Assembly (NCBI GenBank): GCA_002269645.1
Contig: NIVC01000196.1
Location: 1-64,000 of the forward strand
Reading direction: 5' to 3'
Source: Macrostomum lignano
Taxonomy: Eukaryota
Length of the DNA: 64,000 nt
The translations under genes and the position numbers were made by a program. Positions 50,793 through 63,330 of the stretch are shown here, piece by piece (within the stretch, counting starts at the first letter, position 1; every line of letters begins with the position of its first letter). The notes under the pieces are model-generated. The model was given only the letters and a program-made list of their open reading frames with translations, searched no databases and was not told the DNA's origin.

Positions 50793-51202
50793 CTGAAAAT
50801 GAAGAAATTGAATACCTGTGTGACTAGGAGAGAATCCGTACTAAAATTGTTAATTAACAAATACCATCATTCTACTATCAGTTTAAATCAGTTTGCTATC
50901 TTAGCCCAAGAGCCAACAAAGGGCGAAGCAATGGTTTCACACTAAACTGGGTGATATCTGAAGTACATACGTCACAACGTAGCGCGATATACAAATTGCT
51001 GTGGGCGTATAAGGCGATAAAAATAAATAAAATTGACACACTCATTGTACATGTCATCATGAAATTTGTGTATGCACAGTTTATTGGACAGCATTAGTGC
51101 TCTACAAATCAAATAATTGCCCGAGCGCCAAGACACCGCAAAAGTTTACACGTACAAGTTTATACACCATTTGATAAGATTATCACGTTCACAACAAGTC
51201 AG

Positions 51203-51960
51203 CGGGCCGGTTTAGAACGGACCATTGAGCGGGCCAACCAGCGGGCCAACCAGCGGGCCGGTTTAGAACGGGCCAACCAGCGGGCCAACCAGCGGGCCAA
51301 CCAGCGGGCCGGTTTAGAACGGGCCAACCAGCGGGCCAACCAGCGGGCCAACTAGTGGGCCGAGCAGCGGGCCGGTTTAGATCGGGCCAGTGAGCGGGCC
51401 AACCAGCGGGCCGTGCAGCGGGCCGGTTTAGAACGGACCATTGAGCGGGCCAACCAGCGGGCCAACCAGCGGGCCGGTTTAGAACGGGCCAGTGAGCGGG
51501 CCAACTAGTGGGCCGAGCAGCTGGCCGGTTTAGAACGGACCATTGAGCGGGCCAACCAGCGGGCCAACCAGCGGGCCGGTTTAGAACGGGCCAACCAGCG
51601 GGCCAGTGAGCGGGCCAACTAGTGGGCCGAGCAGCTGGCCGGTTTAGAACGGGCCATTGAGCGGGCCAACCAACGGGCCAACCAGCGGGCCGGTTTAGAA
51701 CGGGCCAACCAGCGGGCCAGTGAGCGGGCCAACTAGTGGGCCGAGCAGCTGGCCGGTTTAGAACGGGCCATTGAGCGGGCCAACCAACGGGCCAACCAGC
51801 GGGCCGGTTTAGAACGGGCCAACCAGCGGGCCAACCAGTGGGCCGCGCAGCGGGCCGGTTTAGAACGGGCCAGTGAGCGGGCCAACCAGCGGGCTAATCA
51901 GCGGGCCGATCTGCGGATCGGTTTCGAGCGGGCCATTAGCGGGCTAATCAGCGGGCTTCA
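51203..51960. repeat. Right subterminal repeat array, inverted relative to the left
   Basis: cagcgggccggtttagaacgggcc is the reverse complement of the left-array motif. Confidence 0.92.
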
Positions 51961-52140
51961 GAGCAGGCCGAGTTTCAGCGGGCCAATTTGTTGTAAAAGG
52001 CCTGTAATACGGGCCGATTCGCTTCGGCCCGCTAATGGCCCGCTCAAAAGCCCACTGAGGCCCGCTAAGTTTTTCAACCGGGATATTTTTGAATAAACTA
52101 AATGTAGCTTCTGACCGCACAGCCTTGACAGCTAAGCAAT

Positions 52141-52745
52141 TACATCTCAGCAACTCCCCAGTCAGCTTTGACATCTCAGCCACTCCCCAGTCAGCTTTGA
52201 CATCTCAGCAACTCCCCAGTCAGCTTTGACATCTCAGCAACTCCCCAGTCAGCTTTGACATCTCAGCAACTCCCCAGTCAGCTTTGACATCTCAGAAACT
52301 CCCCAGTCAGCTTTGACATCTCAGCAACTCCCCAGTCAGCTTTGACATCTCAGCAACTCCCCAGTCAGCTTTGACATCTCAGCAACTCCCCAGTCAGCTT
52401 TGACATCTCAGCAACTCCCCAGTCAGCTTTGACATCTCAGCAACTCCCCAGTCAGCTTTGACATCTCAGCAACTCCCCAGTCAGCTTTGACATCTCAGCA
52501 ACTCCCCAGTCAGTTTTGACATCTCAGCAACTCCCCAGTCAGCTTTGACATCTCAGCAACTCCCCAGTCAGCTTTGACATCTCAGCAACTCCTCCCGTAA
52601 GCTTTGACATCTCAGCAACTCCTCCCGTAAGCTTTGACATCTCAGCAACTCCTCCCGTAAGCTTTGACATCTCAGCAACTCCTCTCGTAAGCTTTGACAT
52701 CTCAGCAACTCCTCTCGTAAGCTTTGACATCTCAGCAACTCATCC
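52141..52745. repeat. 29-bp minisatellite switching to a 30-bp variant
   Basis: gacatctcagcaactccccagtcagcttt, then gacatctcagcaactcctcccgtaagcttt. Confidence 0.95.
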
Positions 52746-53984
52746 CCCATAAGCTGTGTCTTCTCAGGAAATTTAGTTTCTTGATTTCAGCCCTCACTCA
52801 ATTCAATTCAATACTATTGATAGTACGGATTTTTTTTCCCAGATAAATCCCATGCGGTTCTAGATCCTAGCAATTCTCATCTGAAAATCGGAAAAGCTCC
52901 GATTTGATAATATTTGATATAGATCCCAAAAAATCCCATTCGATTCCAGATCTCAAAAACCATATTTTGATATACTCAATAAGCATGAATAAATTTGACG
53001 ATGCACTGACCGAATAAACTTCAGCAATATAATTATTAATTATAATATACATCTATAATATCAATCAGTTGAAAATTTTCTTAGTCAGAAAAGATCGAGA
53101 AAAAAGTACGAGTAGAAAAAATATCTTTTGTTCGAATGCTCCGCTTTAAAGACAAAGACAATTTAAACAAAGAATTATAAAGGCGCTCTCCTGACGAGCT
53201 TAAATACTAGGAGACTAACGATAAATACCTTCATGCTTTTAAAGCATAGCAGCAGGAACAGATAGCTTTAGCAAAAGATAATCGTTTATGAGCATTTTGT
53301 AAGCATTGACCAGCCGAACCTTTAGCATCAGCCAGCAGGAAGTGGGGCCGGACATTCGTATCTGAGGCTTGCAATAGAATCGCTGTAGAATCACTGAGTT
53401 GCATCTAGAGCGCATCTCAAACAACTCTATTTAGACTACTTGAGTTAGTAGTAAGTTAAGCTTTAACAAGACTTCTCCGTGACTCTTACGTTTTCAACGG
53501 GCAGTATGGGGTTCATAAAAGCACCCCACGACATAGATTAAGGTTAAAAAAACAAAACTCGAAATGCAAATTTGATCTGTGATATTTTTTACAACACGCA
53601 GTAAAATGAGACAGGAAAATGTGAACTTTCCGATTGGTGAAATTGGCTGAAATCATAAAATCAGCTTTGAGCTATCCAGCATGCAGATTGCAGTGCATTG
53701 ATATTAATTAATATACTCAAAATAACAACAACAAATAAGAAAACAACCGCAGGCTACTCAGCCATTTAAACTGAGCCTAAGAAGGGACGAGACGGTCTTA
53801 CATGTACACAGCGCAGGCTTGCATCATCCTTTTGTTACTCGTTTCGTTCCTACTAGAAGATTCGTTCCTATTGCCAACTGTAGAGCTTTAAAAGAGGTTG
53901 CAAAAACAGAAAAACATGGTATATTAATTTTATTGGCGTTTTTCGTTTGCTTGCTTCTTATTCTTAACTATTGTAAGTCCCTAA

Positions 53985-54287
53985 TAATAAATAATAATTG
54001 ATTACACCTACCCAAAGGCAGATGTGCAACCGACAGCTCAGCCACAGCTATTGCGCGGCGCATCTGAAGGCTGCGTACGGCTGTTCAGTCTAGAGTCAAG
54101 GACCGGTCGCCACACCCACCCTCAATTACCTCAGCTAATGCTGGCACCCATTTTACAGCTGGGTGAACTGAACCAATGCAGAATTGAGTCTTGCTCATGG
54201 ACACAAATTGTTCCGAGTGGGTCAAGAATCGAACCCCCGACTTTTCAGTCGTGATTCCGACGCTCTAACCACTAGGCTACAACCCCC
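53985..54287 (-). mobile_element. tRNA-derived SINE family C with a CORE-like central domain
   Basis: Minus strand: tgtagcctagtggttagagcg (A box), gggttcgattc (B box), then gtgtccatgagcaag..ttcagttcacccagctgtaaaatggg, and a TTA-rich tail. Confidence 0.75.
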
Positions 54288-54675
54288 TGTTCAAGTCCCT
54301 GTAAGTCCATAAAACAACAATGACTATCTCCAGACAAAAATAAATATGAAAATACCTACTAAGCAATAACTATGTGATTTTTCTCATTTGAAAGTCAGCT
54401 AGGCATAGGTGTGTAATAAAGAATGGCACATAAATACAGTTAGCACATACATAATGTTTTACTCCCAGTCCCACTGAGCTACAATAGATTCTACAAAGAC
54501 CAGAAAGTATTTATAAGGCCGATCAATGTACAGTTTAACATAACAAACACAATTATACAAGAGGTGTGCAGTTAACTTTAAATAGGATGGAAAGGATGAA
54601 AACTAATTAAGCCACGCACACGGCAGGTTACCATGGCAACGCATTAACAATCGCAGCAATTAATTTAGTACTGAC

Positions 54676-54831
54676 CGTCATAACAGACGAATTTGTGGCC
54701 AAACCGACAGCCGCTATGATGGTAGCGCAGACCAGGAAGCAGACGAAATCGAATGTCCAACGGCCTTTGTCCATCACGCTGCGGTACACCTGGCTCACCA
54801 TCAGGCGGGCGCGCATTGAGTCCATGAATGC
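54676..54831 (-). CDS. DUF389-domain protein exon
   Basis: AFMDSMRARLMVSQV..TFDFVCFLVCATIIAAVGLATNSSVMT joins in phase 0 to VASMLLSP; donor ACG|gtcagt. Confidence 0.85.
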
Positions 54832-54879
54832 CTGCGATGCATTTGATTGAGAGGGCATTCGGACTGAGAAATAGGGAAT

Positions 54880-56465
54880 TAGGTCACAACTAGGGCATGT
54901 TGTGTGCCTGTAGGTCACAACTGGGGCATGTTGTGTGCCTGTAGGTCACAACTGGGGCATGTTGTGTGCCTGTAGGTCACAACTGGGGCATGTTGTGTGC
55001 CTGTAGGTCACAACTGGGGCATGTTGTGTGCCTGTAGGTCACAACCGGGGCATGTGCCAGTGCCTGTAGGTCACAACTGGGCATGTGCCAGTGCCTGTAG
55101 GTCACAACTGGGGCATGTGCCAGTGCCTGTAGGTCACAACTGGGGCATGTGCCAGTGCCTGTAGGTCACAACTGGGGCATGTGCCAGTGCCTGTAGGTCA
55201 CAGCTGGGGCATGTGCCAGTGCCTGTAGGTCACAACCTGGGCATGTGCCAGTGCCTGTAGGTCACAACTGGGGCATGTGCCAGTGCCTGTAGGTCACAAC
55301 TGGGGCATGTGCCAGTGCCTGTAGGTCACAACTGGGGCATGTGCCAGTGCCTGTATGTCACAACTGGGGCATGTGCCAGTGCCTGTAGGTCGCAACCGGG
55401 GCATGTGCCAGTGCCTGTAGGTCACAACTGGGGCATGTGCCAGTGCCTGTAGGTCGCAACCGGGGCATGTGCCAGTGCCTGTAGGTCACAACCGGGGCAT
55501 GTGCCAGTGCCTGTAGGTCACAACCGGGGCATGTGCCAGTGCCTGTAGGTCACAACTGGGGCATGTGCCAGTGCCTGTAGGTCACAACCGGGGCATGTGC
55601 CAGTGCCTGTAGGTCACAACCGGGGCATGTGCCAGTGCCTGTAGGTCACAACTGGGGCATGTGCCAGTGCCTGTAGGTCGCAACCGGGGCATGTGCCAGT
55701 GCCTGTAGGTCACAACTGGGGCATGTGCCAGTGCCTGTAGGTCGCAACCGGGGCATGTGCCAGTGCCTGTAGGTCACAACTGGGGCATGTGCCAGTGCCT
55801 GTAGGTCACAACCGGGGCATGTGACAGTGTTTGTATGTCACAACTGGGGCATGTGACAGTGCCTGTAGGTCGCAACCGGGGCATGTGCCAGTGCCTGTAG
55901 GTCACAACCGGGGCATGTGACAGTGTTTGTATGTCACAACTGGGGCATGTGACAGTGCCTGTAGGTCACAACTGGGGCATGTGACAGTGCCTGTAGGTCG
56001 CAATTGGGCATGTGACAGTGCCTGCAGGTTACAACCGGGACATAAGACAGTGTTTGTATGTCACAACTGGGGCATGTGACAGTGCCTGTAGGTCACAACT
56101 GGGGCATGTGACAGTGCCTGTAGGTCACAACTGGGGCATGTGACAGTGCCTGTAGGTCGCAACTGGGCATGTGACAGTGCCTGTAGGTCGCAACTGGGCA
56201 TGTGACAGTGCCTGTAGGTCACAACTGGGGCATGTGACAGTGCCTGTAGGTCGCAACTGGGCATGTGACAGTGCCTGTAGGTCACAACTGAGGCATGTGA
56301 CAGTGCCTGTGTAGGTCATAACTAGAGCATGTGACAGTGCCTGTAGGTCGCAACTGGGCATGTGACAGTGACTGTAGGTCACAACTGGGACATGTGACAG
56401 TGCCTGTATAGGTCATAACTAGAGCATGTGACAGTGACTGTAGGTCACAACTGGGACATGTGACA
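54880..56465. repeat. 31-32-bp minisatellite filling the whole intron
   Basis: Unit tgcctgtaggtcacaactggggcatgtgccag. Confidence 0.96.
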
Positions 56466-56480
56466 GTGTCTTCACCGCAC

Positions 56481-56771
56481 CTGCATCCGGCCTTCATCGC
56501 CATCCGCCTCGTCGTCGTCATCGTCGCCGCTGCCGCCGCCGGGTTTACCGGCGCCGAGGCCCGCCTTGTCCCGGCCAGTGCGACTAACAGTGGGATTAAA
56601 CAGATTAACGCTAGTATTGTGCCGACGCCCGATGCCCAGAGTGACAAGCCGGCTAAGAAGCATCTCGGCAGTTTTCGCCGGGCACAGGCAGACAATCTGT
56701 ACGAACAGGCCTTTGCTCATCGGCATCAGAGTGTAGTTCAGCGAGTTGAACTCCAGCTCAACGCGGACAAT
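56481..56771 (-). CDS. DUF389-domain protein exon
   Basis: IVRVELEFNSLNYTLM..CPAKTAEMLLSRLVTLGIG..DDDDDEAD; acceptor acacag|ATT, donor CAG|gtgcgg. Confidence 0.7.
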
Positions 56772-57114
56772 CTGTGTTTGGAGAATGGCGCTCAGAGGAT
56801 ATAAAGTGAGAGCACAATCGATACATTTATCTCAGAATTTGGTGGCCACCACAGATACAATAGCTAGATGCTTCACACGAAATTAGTTACAAAAAATTAG
56901 CAGCGCCTACTGTTTTATCAGTAGCTTATCTGCGCAGTGTCACAAAAACTTATTGTGGCAGCTAAACTTTCCTTTCCTTCCTCAGGATTTGCGGCCTCGG
57001 AGCATATGGGGCTGAGAATTAACAGCAAGAATTTAACTCGATGTACACTAGTGAACGCAAGACAGACGAAACTCAGCCTATGGGCAAAACCTAATGCCGT
57101 AATGGAGTAAATTA

Positions 57115-57545
57115 GATCAGCCAATAAGAGAGCAGTAAGGAGAGAGGTTAGTCAGACAAACGAAACTCAGCCTAGGGGCAGGCCCAATCTAGCTCAGCCA
57201 ATAAGAGAGCAGTAAGGAGAGGGGTTAGTCAGACAAACGAAACTCAGCCTAGGGGGCAGGCCCAATCTAGCTCAGCCAATAAGAGAGCAGTAAGGAGCGA
57301 GGTTAAAGGCAGACAAACGAAACTCAGCACAGGGGGCAGGCCCAATCTAGCTCAGCCAATAAGAGAGCAGTAAGGAGAGGGGTTAGTCAGACAAACGAAA
57401 CTCAGCCTAGGGGGCAGGCCCAATCTAGCTCAGCCAATAAGAGAGCAGTAAGGAGCGAGGTTAAAGGCAGACAAACGAAACTCAGCACAGGGGGCAGGCC
57501 CAATCTAGCTCAGCCAATAAGAGAGCAGTAAGGAGAGAGGTAGGC
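57115..57545. repeat. About 78-80-bp intronic tandem repeat
   Basis: aaactcagcctagggggcaggcccaatctagctcagccaataagagagcagtaaggag.., 5-6 copies. Confidence 0.9.
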
Positions 57546-57732
57546 AGACACAAGCGGGCAAGAGGATAAATCTTTTGAGATAAGTTTCTATTTATACGAG
57601 AAGTGAGCCGTTGCTCAAATTCCGAGCCATTTTTAGCTCTGAGTACTTGCTGCCTTTATTCATACGGCTCATTATCTCGACTAAGATAGCATGTTGACTC
57701 ATCGCTGACTCAGCGGCCCCAGCAATACGCAC

Positions 57733-58268
57733 CTCGGTAGGAGTTAGCGCACGGTTGTGTTTCCTCGACAGCCGTTCAACCCGTTGGATACTTTTCTGAT
57801 TAGCAGCTTGATAGTCAAAATCAGCTGAATCGGTTCCGCCCGCGCTGCTGCTGGTGCCCGAGGTGATCGAGGCGGCCGAGCCGGCCCGTTCGAGCATCTC
57901 AACGGCGTTGGCGCTGTTCACCGACTCGATGTTGAAACCGACGTGTCGATCGGAAACTGGCGATAAAGGCGGCTTCAGAGCCGATTTTGGCTGCTGTTGC
58001 TGCTGCTGATCCGACTGGTTCGATGGCTCGGTGGGCACCAGCGGCTTCTGCTGCGATTCGGATTCGCTGACGGCGACGCTCTCCGCTGAGCCGACAGTAG
58101 CGGCCACAGTAGCGGCGGCAGCGGCGGCCACAGTCTCGGTGGCCACTTTGGCCAAGGAGCCGCTTGTAGTAGAATTGCTGACCACGGTGGAACCCCCGCT
58201 GGCAACTCCGGCGTCCGAAGAAGACCCGGTGAGGTGCTGTCGCGGGTTTTCAGTTGGCGATAAAAATA
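57733..58268 (-). CDS. Probable N-terminal, low-complexity exon of the DUF389 gene; 5' boundary uncertain
   Basis: GC-rich open frame with the host codon style; donor GAG|gtgcgt in phase 0 matches the next exon. Confidence 0.6.
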
Positions 58269-58489
58269 CTGTATTACGCTATAGTTTAAGTCTAACAAGT
58301 CAGACGCGGCTTTAAACACGGACAGCCGCTTGTCAACCTCTATATTATACATTATTAGTTTAGTTATTGTGTTACTTATATTACGCTCGTACCTCAAGCC
58401 GTTTAAAGCTTTTGTTTCTCTGGTTAAAAAGCCAGCATTCATTCTGCAGAACTTAATTTCTGGGCTTGGTGCTATTTTTAATGAAATTA

Positions 58490-61400
58490 TCAGCCTGATT
58501 AGATTTATTGTCTATAGCCGAGTGCAGTTCTGTGGCAGTGGCTTTTATTGGATTTATTGTCTGTGGCCTAGTGCAGTTCTGTGTTAGTGGCTTGTATTGG
58601 ATTTATTGTCTGTGGCCGAGTGCAGTTCTGTGTTAGTGGCTTGTATTGGATTTATTGTCTGTGGCCGAGTGCAGTTCTGTGGCAGTGGCTTGTATTGAAT
58701 TTATTGTCTATGACCGAGTGCAGTTCTGTGGCAGTGGCTTTTATTGGATTTATTGTCTGTGGCCTAGTGCAGTTCTGTGGCAGTGGCTAGTATTGGATTT
58801 ATTGTCTATGGCCGAGTGCAGTTCTGTGGCAGTGGCTAGTATTGGATTTATTGTCTGTGGCTGAGTGCAGTTCTGTGGCAGTGGCTAGTATTGGATTTAT
58901 TGTCTATGGCCGAGTGCAGTTCTGTGGCAGTGGCTAGTATTGGATTTATTGTCTGTGGCTGAGTGCAGTTCTGTGGCAGTGGCTAGTATTGGATTTATTG
59001 TCTATGGCCGAGTGCAGTTCTGTGGCAGTGGCTTTTATTGGATTTATTGTCTAAGGCCGAGTGCAGTTCTGTGGCAGTGGCTAGTATTGGATTTATTGTC
59101 TGTGGCTGAGTGCAGTTCTGTGGCAGTGGCTAGTATTGGATTTATTGTCTATGGCCGAGTGCAGTTCTGTGGCAGTGGCTAGTATTGGATTTATTGTCTA
59201 TGGCCGAGTGCAGTTCTGTGGCAGTGGCTTTTATTGGATTTATTGTCTATGGCCTAGTGCAGTTCTGTGGCAGTGGCTAGTATTGGATTTATTGTCTATG
59301 GCCGAGTGCAGTTCTGTGTTAGTGGCTTGTATTGGATTTATTGTCTGTGGCCGAGTGCAGTTCTGTGGCAGTGGCTTGTATTGGATTTATTGTCTGTGGC
59401 TGAGTGCAGTTCTGTGGCAGTGGCTTGTATTGGATTTATTGTCTATGGCCTAGTGCAGTTCTGTGGCAGTGGCTTGTATTGGATTTATTGTCTATGGCCG
59501 AGTGCAGTTCTGTGGCAGTGGCTTTTATTGGATTTATTGTCTGTGGCCGAGTGCAGTTCTGTGGCAGTGGCTTTTATTGGATTTATTGTCTGTGGCCGAG
59601 TGCAGTTCTGTGTCAGTGGCTTTTATTGGATTTATTGTCAATGGCCTAGTGCAGTTCTGTGGCAGTGGCTAGTATTGGATTTATTGTCTATGGCCGAGTG
59701 CAGTTCTGTGTTAGTGGCTTGTATTGGATTTATTGTCTGTGGCCGAGTGCAGTTCTGTGGCAGTGGCTTGTATTGGATTTATTGTCTGTGGCTGAGTGCA
59801 GTTCTGTGTTAGTGGCTAGTATTGGATTTATTGTCTATGGCCTAGTGCAGTTCTGTGGCAGTGGCTAGTATTGGATTTATTGTCTATGGCCGAGTGCAGT
59901 TCTGTGGCAGTGGCTAGTATTGGATTTATTGTCTATGGCCGAGTGCAGTTCTGTGGCAGTGGCTTTTATTGGATTTATTGTCTGTGGCCGAGTGCAGTTC
60001 TGTGGCAGTGGCTTTTATTGGATTTATTGTCTATGGCCTAGTGCAGTTCTGTGGCAGTGGCTTTTATTGGATTTATTGTCTATGGCCTAGTGCAGTTCTG
60101 TGGCAGTGGCTTTTATTGGATTTATTGTCTGTGGCCGAGTGCAGTTCTGTGGCAGTGGCTTTTATTGGATTTATTGTCTGTGGCCGAGTGCAGTTCTGTG
60201 GCAGTGGCTTGTATTGGATTTATTGTCTGTGGCCGAGTGCATTTCTGTGTCCGTGGCTTTTATTGGATTTATTGTCTGTGGCCGAGTGCAGTTCTGTGGC
60301 AGTGGCTTTTATTTGATTTATTGTCTGTGGCCGAGTGCAGTTCTGTGACAGTGGCTAGTATTGGATTTATTGTCTATGGCCGAGTGCAGTTCTGTGTTAG
60401 TGGCTTGTATTGGATTTATTGTCTGTGGCCGAGTGCAGTTCTGTGGCAGTGGCTTGTATTGGATTTATTGTCTGTGGCCGAGTGCAGTTCTGTGTCAGTG
60501 GCTTTTATTTGATTTATTGTCTGTGGCCGAGTGCAGTTCTGTGTCAGTGGCTTTTATTTGATTTATTGTCTGTGGCCGAGTGCAGTTCTGTGGCAGTGGC
60601 TTGTATTGGATTTATTGTCTGTGGCCGAGTGCATTTCTGTGTCCGTGGCTTTTATTGGATTTATTGTCTGTGGCCGAGTGCAGTTCTGTGGCAGTGGCTT
60701 TTATTTGATTTATTGTCTGTGGCCGAGTGCAGTTCTGTGACAGTGGCTAGTATTGGATTTATTGTCTATGGCCGAGTGCAGTTCTGTGTTAGTGGCTAGT
60801 ATTGGATTTATTGTCTATGGCCGAGTGCAGTTCTGTGGCAGTGGCTAGTATTGGATTTATTGTCTATGGCCGAGTGCAGTTCTGTGGCAGTGGCTTTTAT
60901 TGGATTTATTGTCTATGGCCTAGTGCAGTTCTGTGGCAGTGGCTAGTATTGGATTTATTGTCTATGGCCGAGTGCAGTTCTGTGTTAGTGGCTTGTATTG
61001 GATTTATTGTCTGTGGCCGAGTGCAGTTCTGTGGCAGTGGCTTGTATTGGATTTATTGTCTGTGGCTGAGTGCAGTTCTGTGGCAGTGGCTTGTATTGGA
61101 TTTATTGTCTATGGCCTAGTGCAGTTCTGTGGCAGTGGCTTGTATTGGATTTATTGTCTATGGCCGAGTGCAGTTCTGTGGCAGTGGCTTTTATTGGATT
61201 TATTGTCTGTGGCCGAGTGCAGTTCTGTGTCAGTGGCTTTTATTGGATTTATTGTCTGTGGCCGAGTGCAGTTCTGTGTCAGTGGCTTTTATTGGATTTA
61301 TTGTCTGGCCTAGTGCAGTTCTGTGGCAGTGGCTAGTATTGGATTTATTGTCTATGGCCGAGTGCAGTTCTGTGTTAGTGGCTAGTATTGGATTTATTGT

Positions 61401-63330
61401 CTGTGGCCGAGTGCAGTTCTGTGTTAGTGGCTTGTATTGGATTTATTGTCTATGGCCGAGTGCAGTTCTGTGGCAGTGGCTTGTATTGGATTTATTGTCT
61501 GTGGCTGAGTGCAGTTCTGTGTTTGTGGCTTGTATTGGATTTATTGTCTATGGCCGAGTGCAGTTCTGTGGCAGTGGCTTGTATTGGATTTATTGTCTAT
61601 GGCCGAGTGCAGTTCTGTGGCAGTGGCTTGTATTGGATTTATTGTCTGTGGCCGAGTGCAGTTCTGTGGCAGTGGCTTTTATTGGATTTATTGTCTGTGG
61701 CCGAGTGCAGTCTGTGGCAGTGGCTTGTATTGGATTTATTGTCTGTGGCCGAGTGCAGTTCTGTGACAGTGGCTTTTATTTGATTTATTGTCTGTGGCCG
61801 AGTGCAGTTCTGTGACAGTGGCTTTTATTTGATTTATTGTCTGTGGCCGAGTGCAGTTCTGTGACAGTGGCTTTTATTTGATTTATTGTCTGTGGCCGAG
61901 TGCAGTTCTGTGGCAGTGGCTTTTATTGATTTATTGTCTGTGGCCGAGTGCAGTTCTGTGGCAGTGGCTTGTATTGGATTTATTGTCTGTGGCCGAGTGC
62001 AGTTCTGTGACAGTGGCTTTTATTTGATTTATTGTCTGTGGCCGAGTGCAGTTCTGTGACAGTGGCTTGTATTGGATTTATTGTCTGTGGCCGAGTGCAG
62101 TTCTGTGGCAGTGGCTTGTATTGGATTTATTGTCTGTGGCCGAGTGCAGTTCTGTGGCAGTGGCTTTTATTGGATTTATTGTCTGTGGCCGAGTGCAGTT
62201 CTGTGGCAGTGGCTTTTATTGGATTTATTGTCTGTGGCCGAGTGCAGTCTGTGGCAGTGGCTTGTATTGGATTTATTGTCTGTGGCCGAGTGCAGTTCTG
62301 TGACAGTGGCTTTTATTGATTTATTGTCTGTGGCCGAGTGCAGTTCTGTGACAGTGGCTTTTATTTGATTTATTGTCTATGGCCGAGTGCAGTTCTGTGT
62401 TAGTGGCTTTTATTGGATTTATTGTCTGTGGCCGAGTGCAGTTCTGTGACAGTGGCTTTTATTGATTTATTGTCTGTGGCCGAGTGCAGTTCTGTGACAG
62501 TGGCTTTTATTTGATTTATTGTCTGTGGCCGAGTGCAGTTCTGTGACAGTGGCTTTTATTTGATTTATTGTCTGTGGCCGAGTGCAGTCTGTGGCAGTGG
62601 CTTTTATTGGATTTATTGTCTGTGGCCGAGTGCAGTTCTGTGACAGTGGCTTTTATTTGATTTATTGTCTGTGGCCGAGTGCAGTTCTGTGACAGTGGCT
62701 TTTATTTGATTTATTGTCTGTGGCCGAGTGCAGTTCTGTGACAGTGGCTTTTATTTGATTTATTGTCTGTGGCCGAGTGCAGGTCTGTGGCAGTGGCTTT
62801 TATTGGATTTATTGTCTGTGGCCGAGTGCAGTTCTGTGACAGTGGCTTTTATTTGATTTATTGTCTGTGGCCGAGTGCAGTTCTGTGACAGTGGCTTTTA
62901 TTTGATTTATTGTCTGTGGCCGAGTGCAGTTCTGTGACAGTGGCTAGTATTGGATTTATTGTCTGTGGCCGAGTGCATTTCTGTGGCAGTGGCTTGTATT
63001 GGATTTATTGTCTGTGGCCGAGTGCAGTTCTGTGACAGTGGCTTGTATTGGATTTATTGTCTGTGGCCGAGTGCAGTTCTGTGACAGTGGCTTGTATTGG
63101 ATTTATTGTCTGTGGCCTAGTGCAGTTCTGTGGCAGTGGCTTGTATTGGATTTATTGTCTGTGGCCTAGTGCAGTTCTGTGGCAGTGGCTAGTATTGGAT
63201 TTATTGTCTGTGGCCGAGTGCAGTTCTGTGGCAGTGGCTAGTATTGGATTTATTGTCTGTGGCCTAGTGCAGTTCTGTGGCAGTGGCTAGTATTGGATTT
63301 ATTGTCTGTGGCCGAGTGCAGTTCTCTGAC
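58490..63330. repeat. 49-bp minisatellite, about 99 units
   Basis: Unit gtgcagttctgtggcagtggcttgtattggatttattgtctgtggccga. Confidence 0.98.

Larger units (their letters stand above)
45590..52082 (-). mobile_element. Complete CACTA/EnSpm (CMC) DNA transposon, 6493 bp, in a DUF389 intron
   Basis: 13-bp perfect TIR CCCGGTTGAAAAA; 3-bp TSD ATA at 45587-89 and 52083-85; inverted subterminal arrays; open transposase. Confidence 0.93.

Noticed and set aside
58581-63290. Many hydrophobic, membrane-like ORFs
   Set aside because: Artefacts of the 49-bp array
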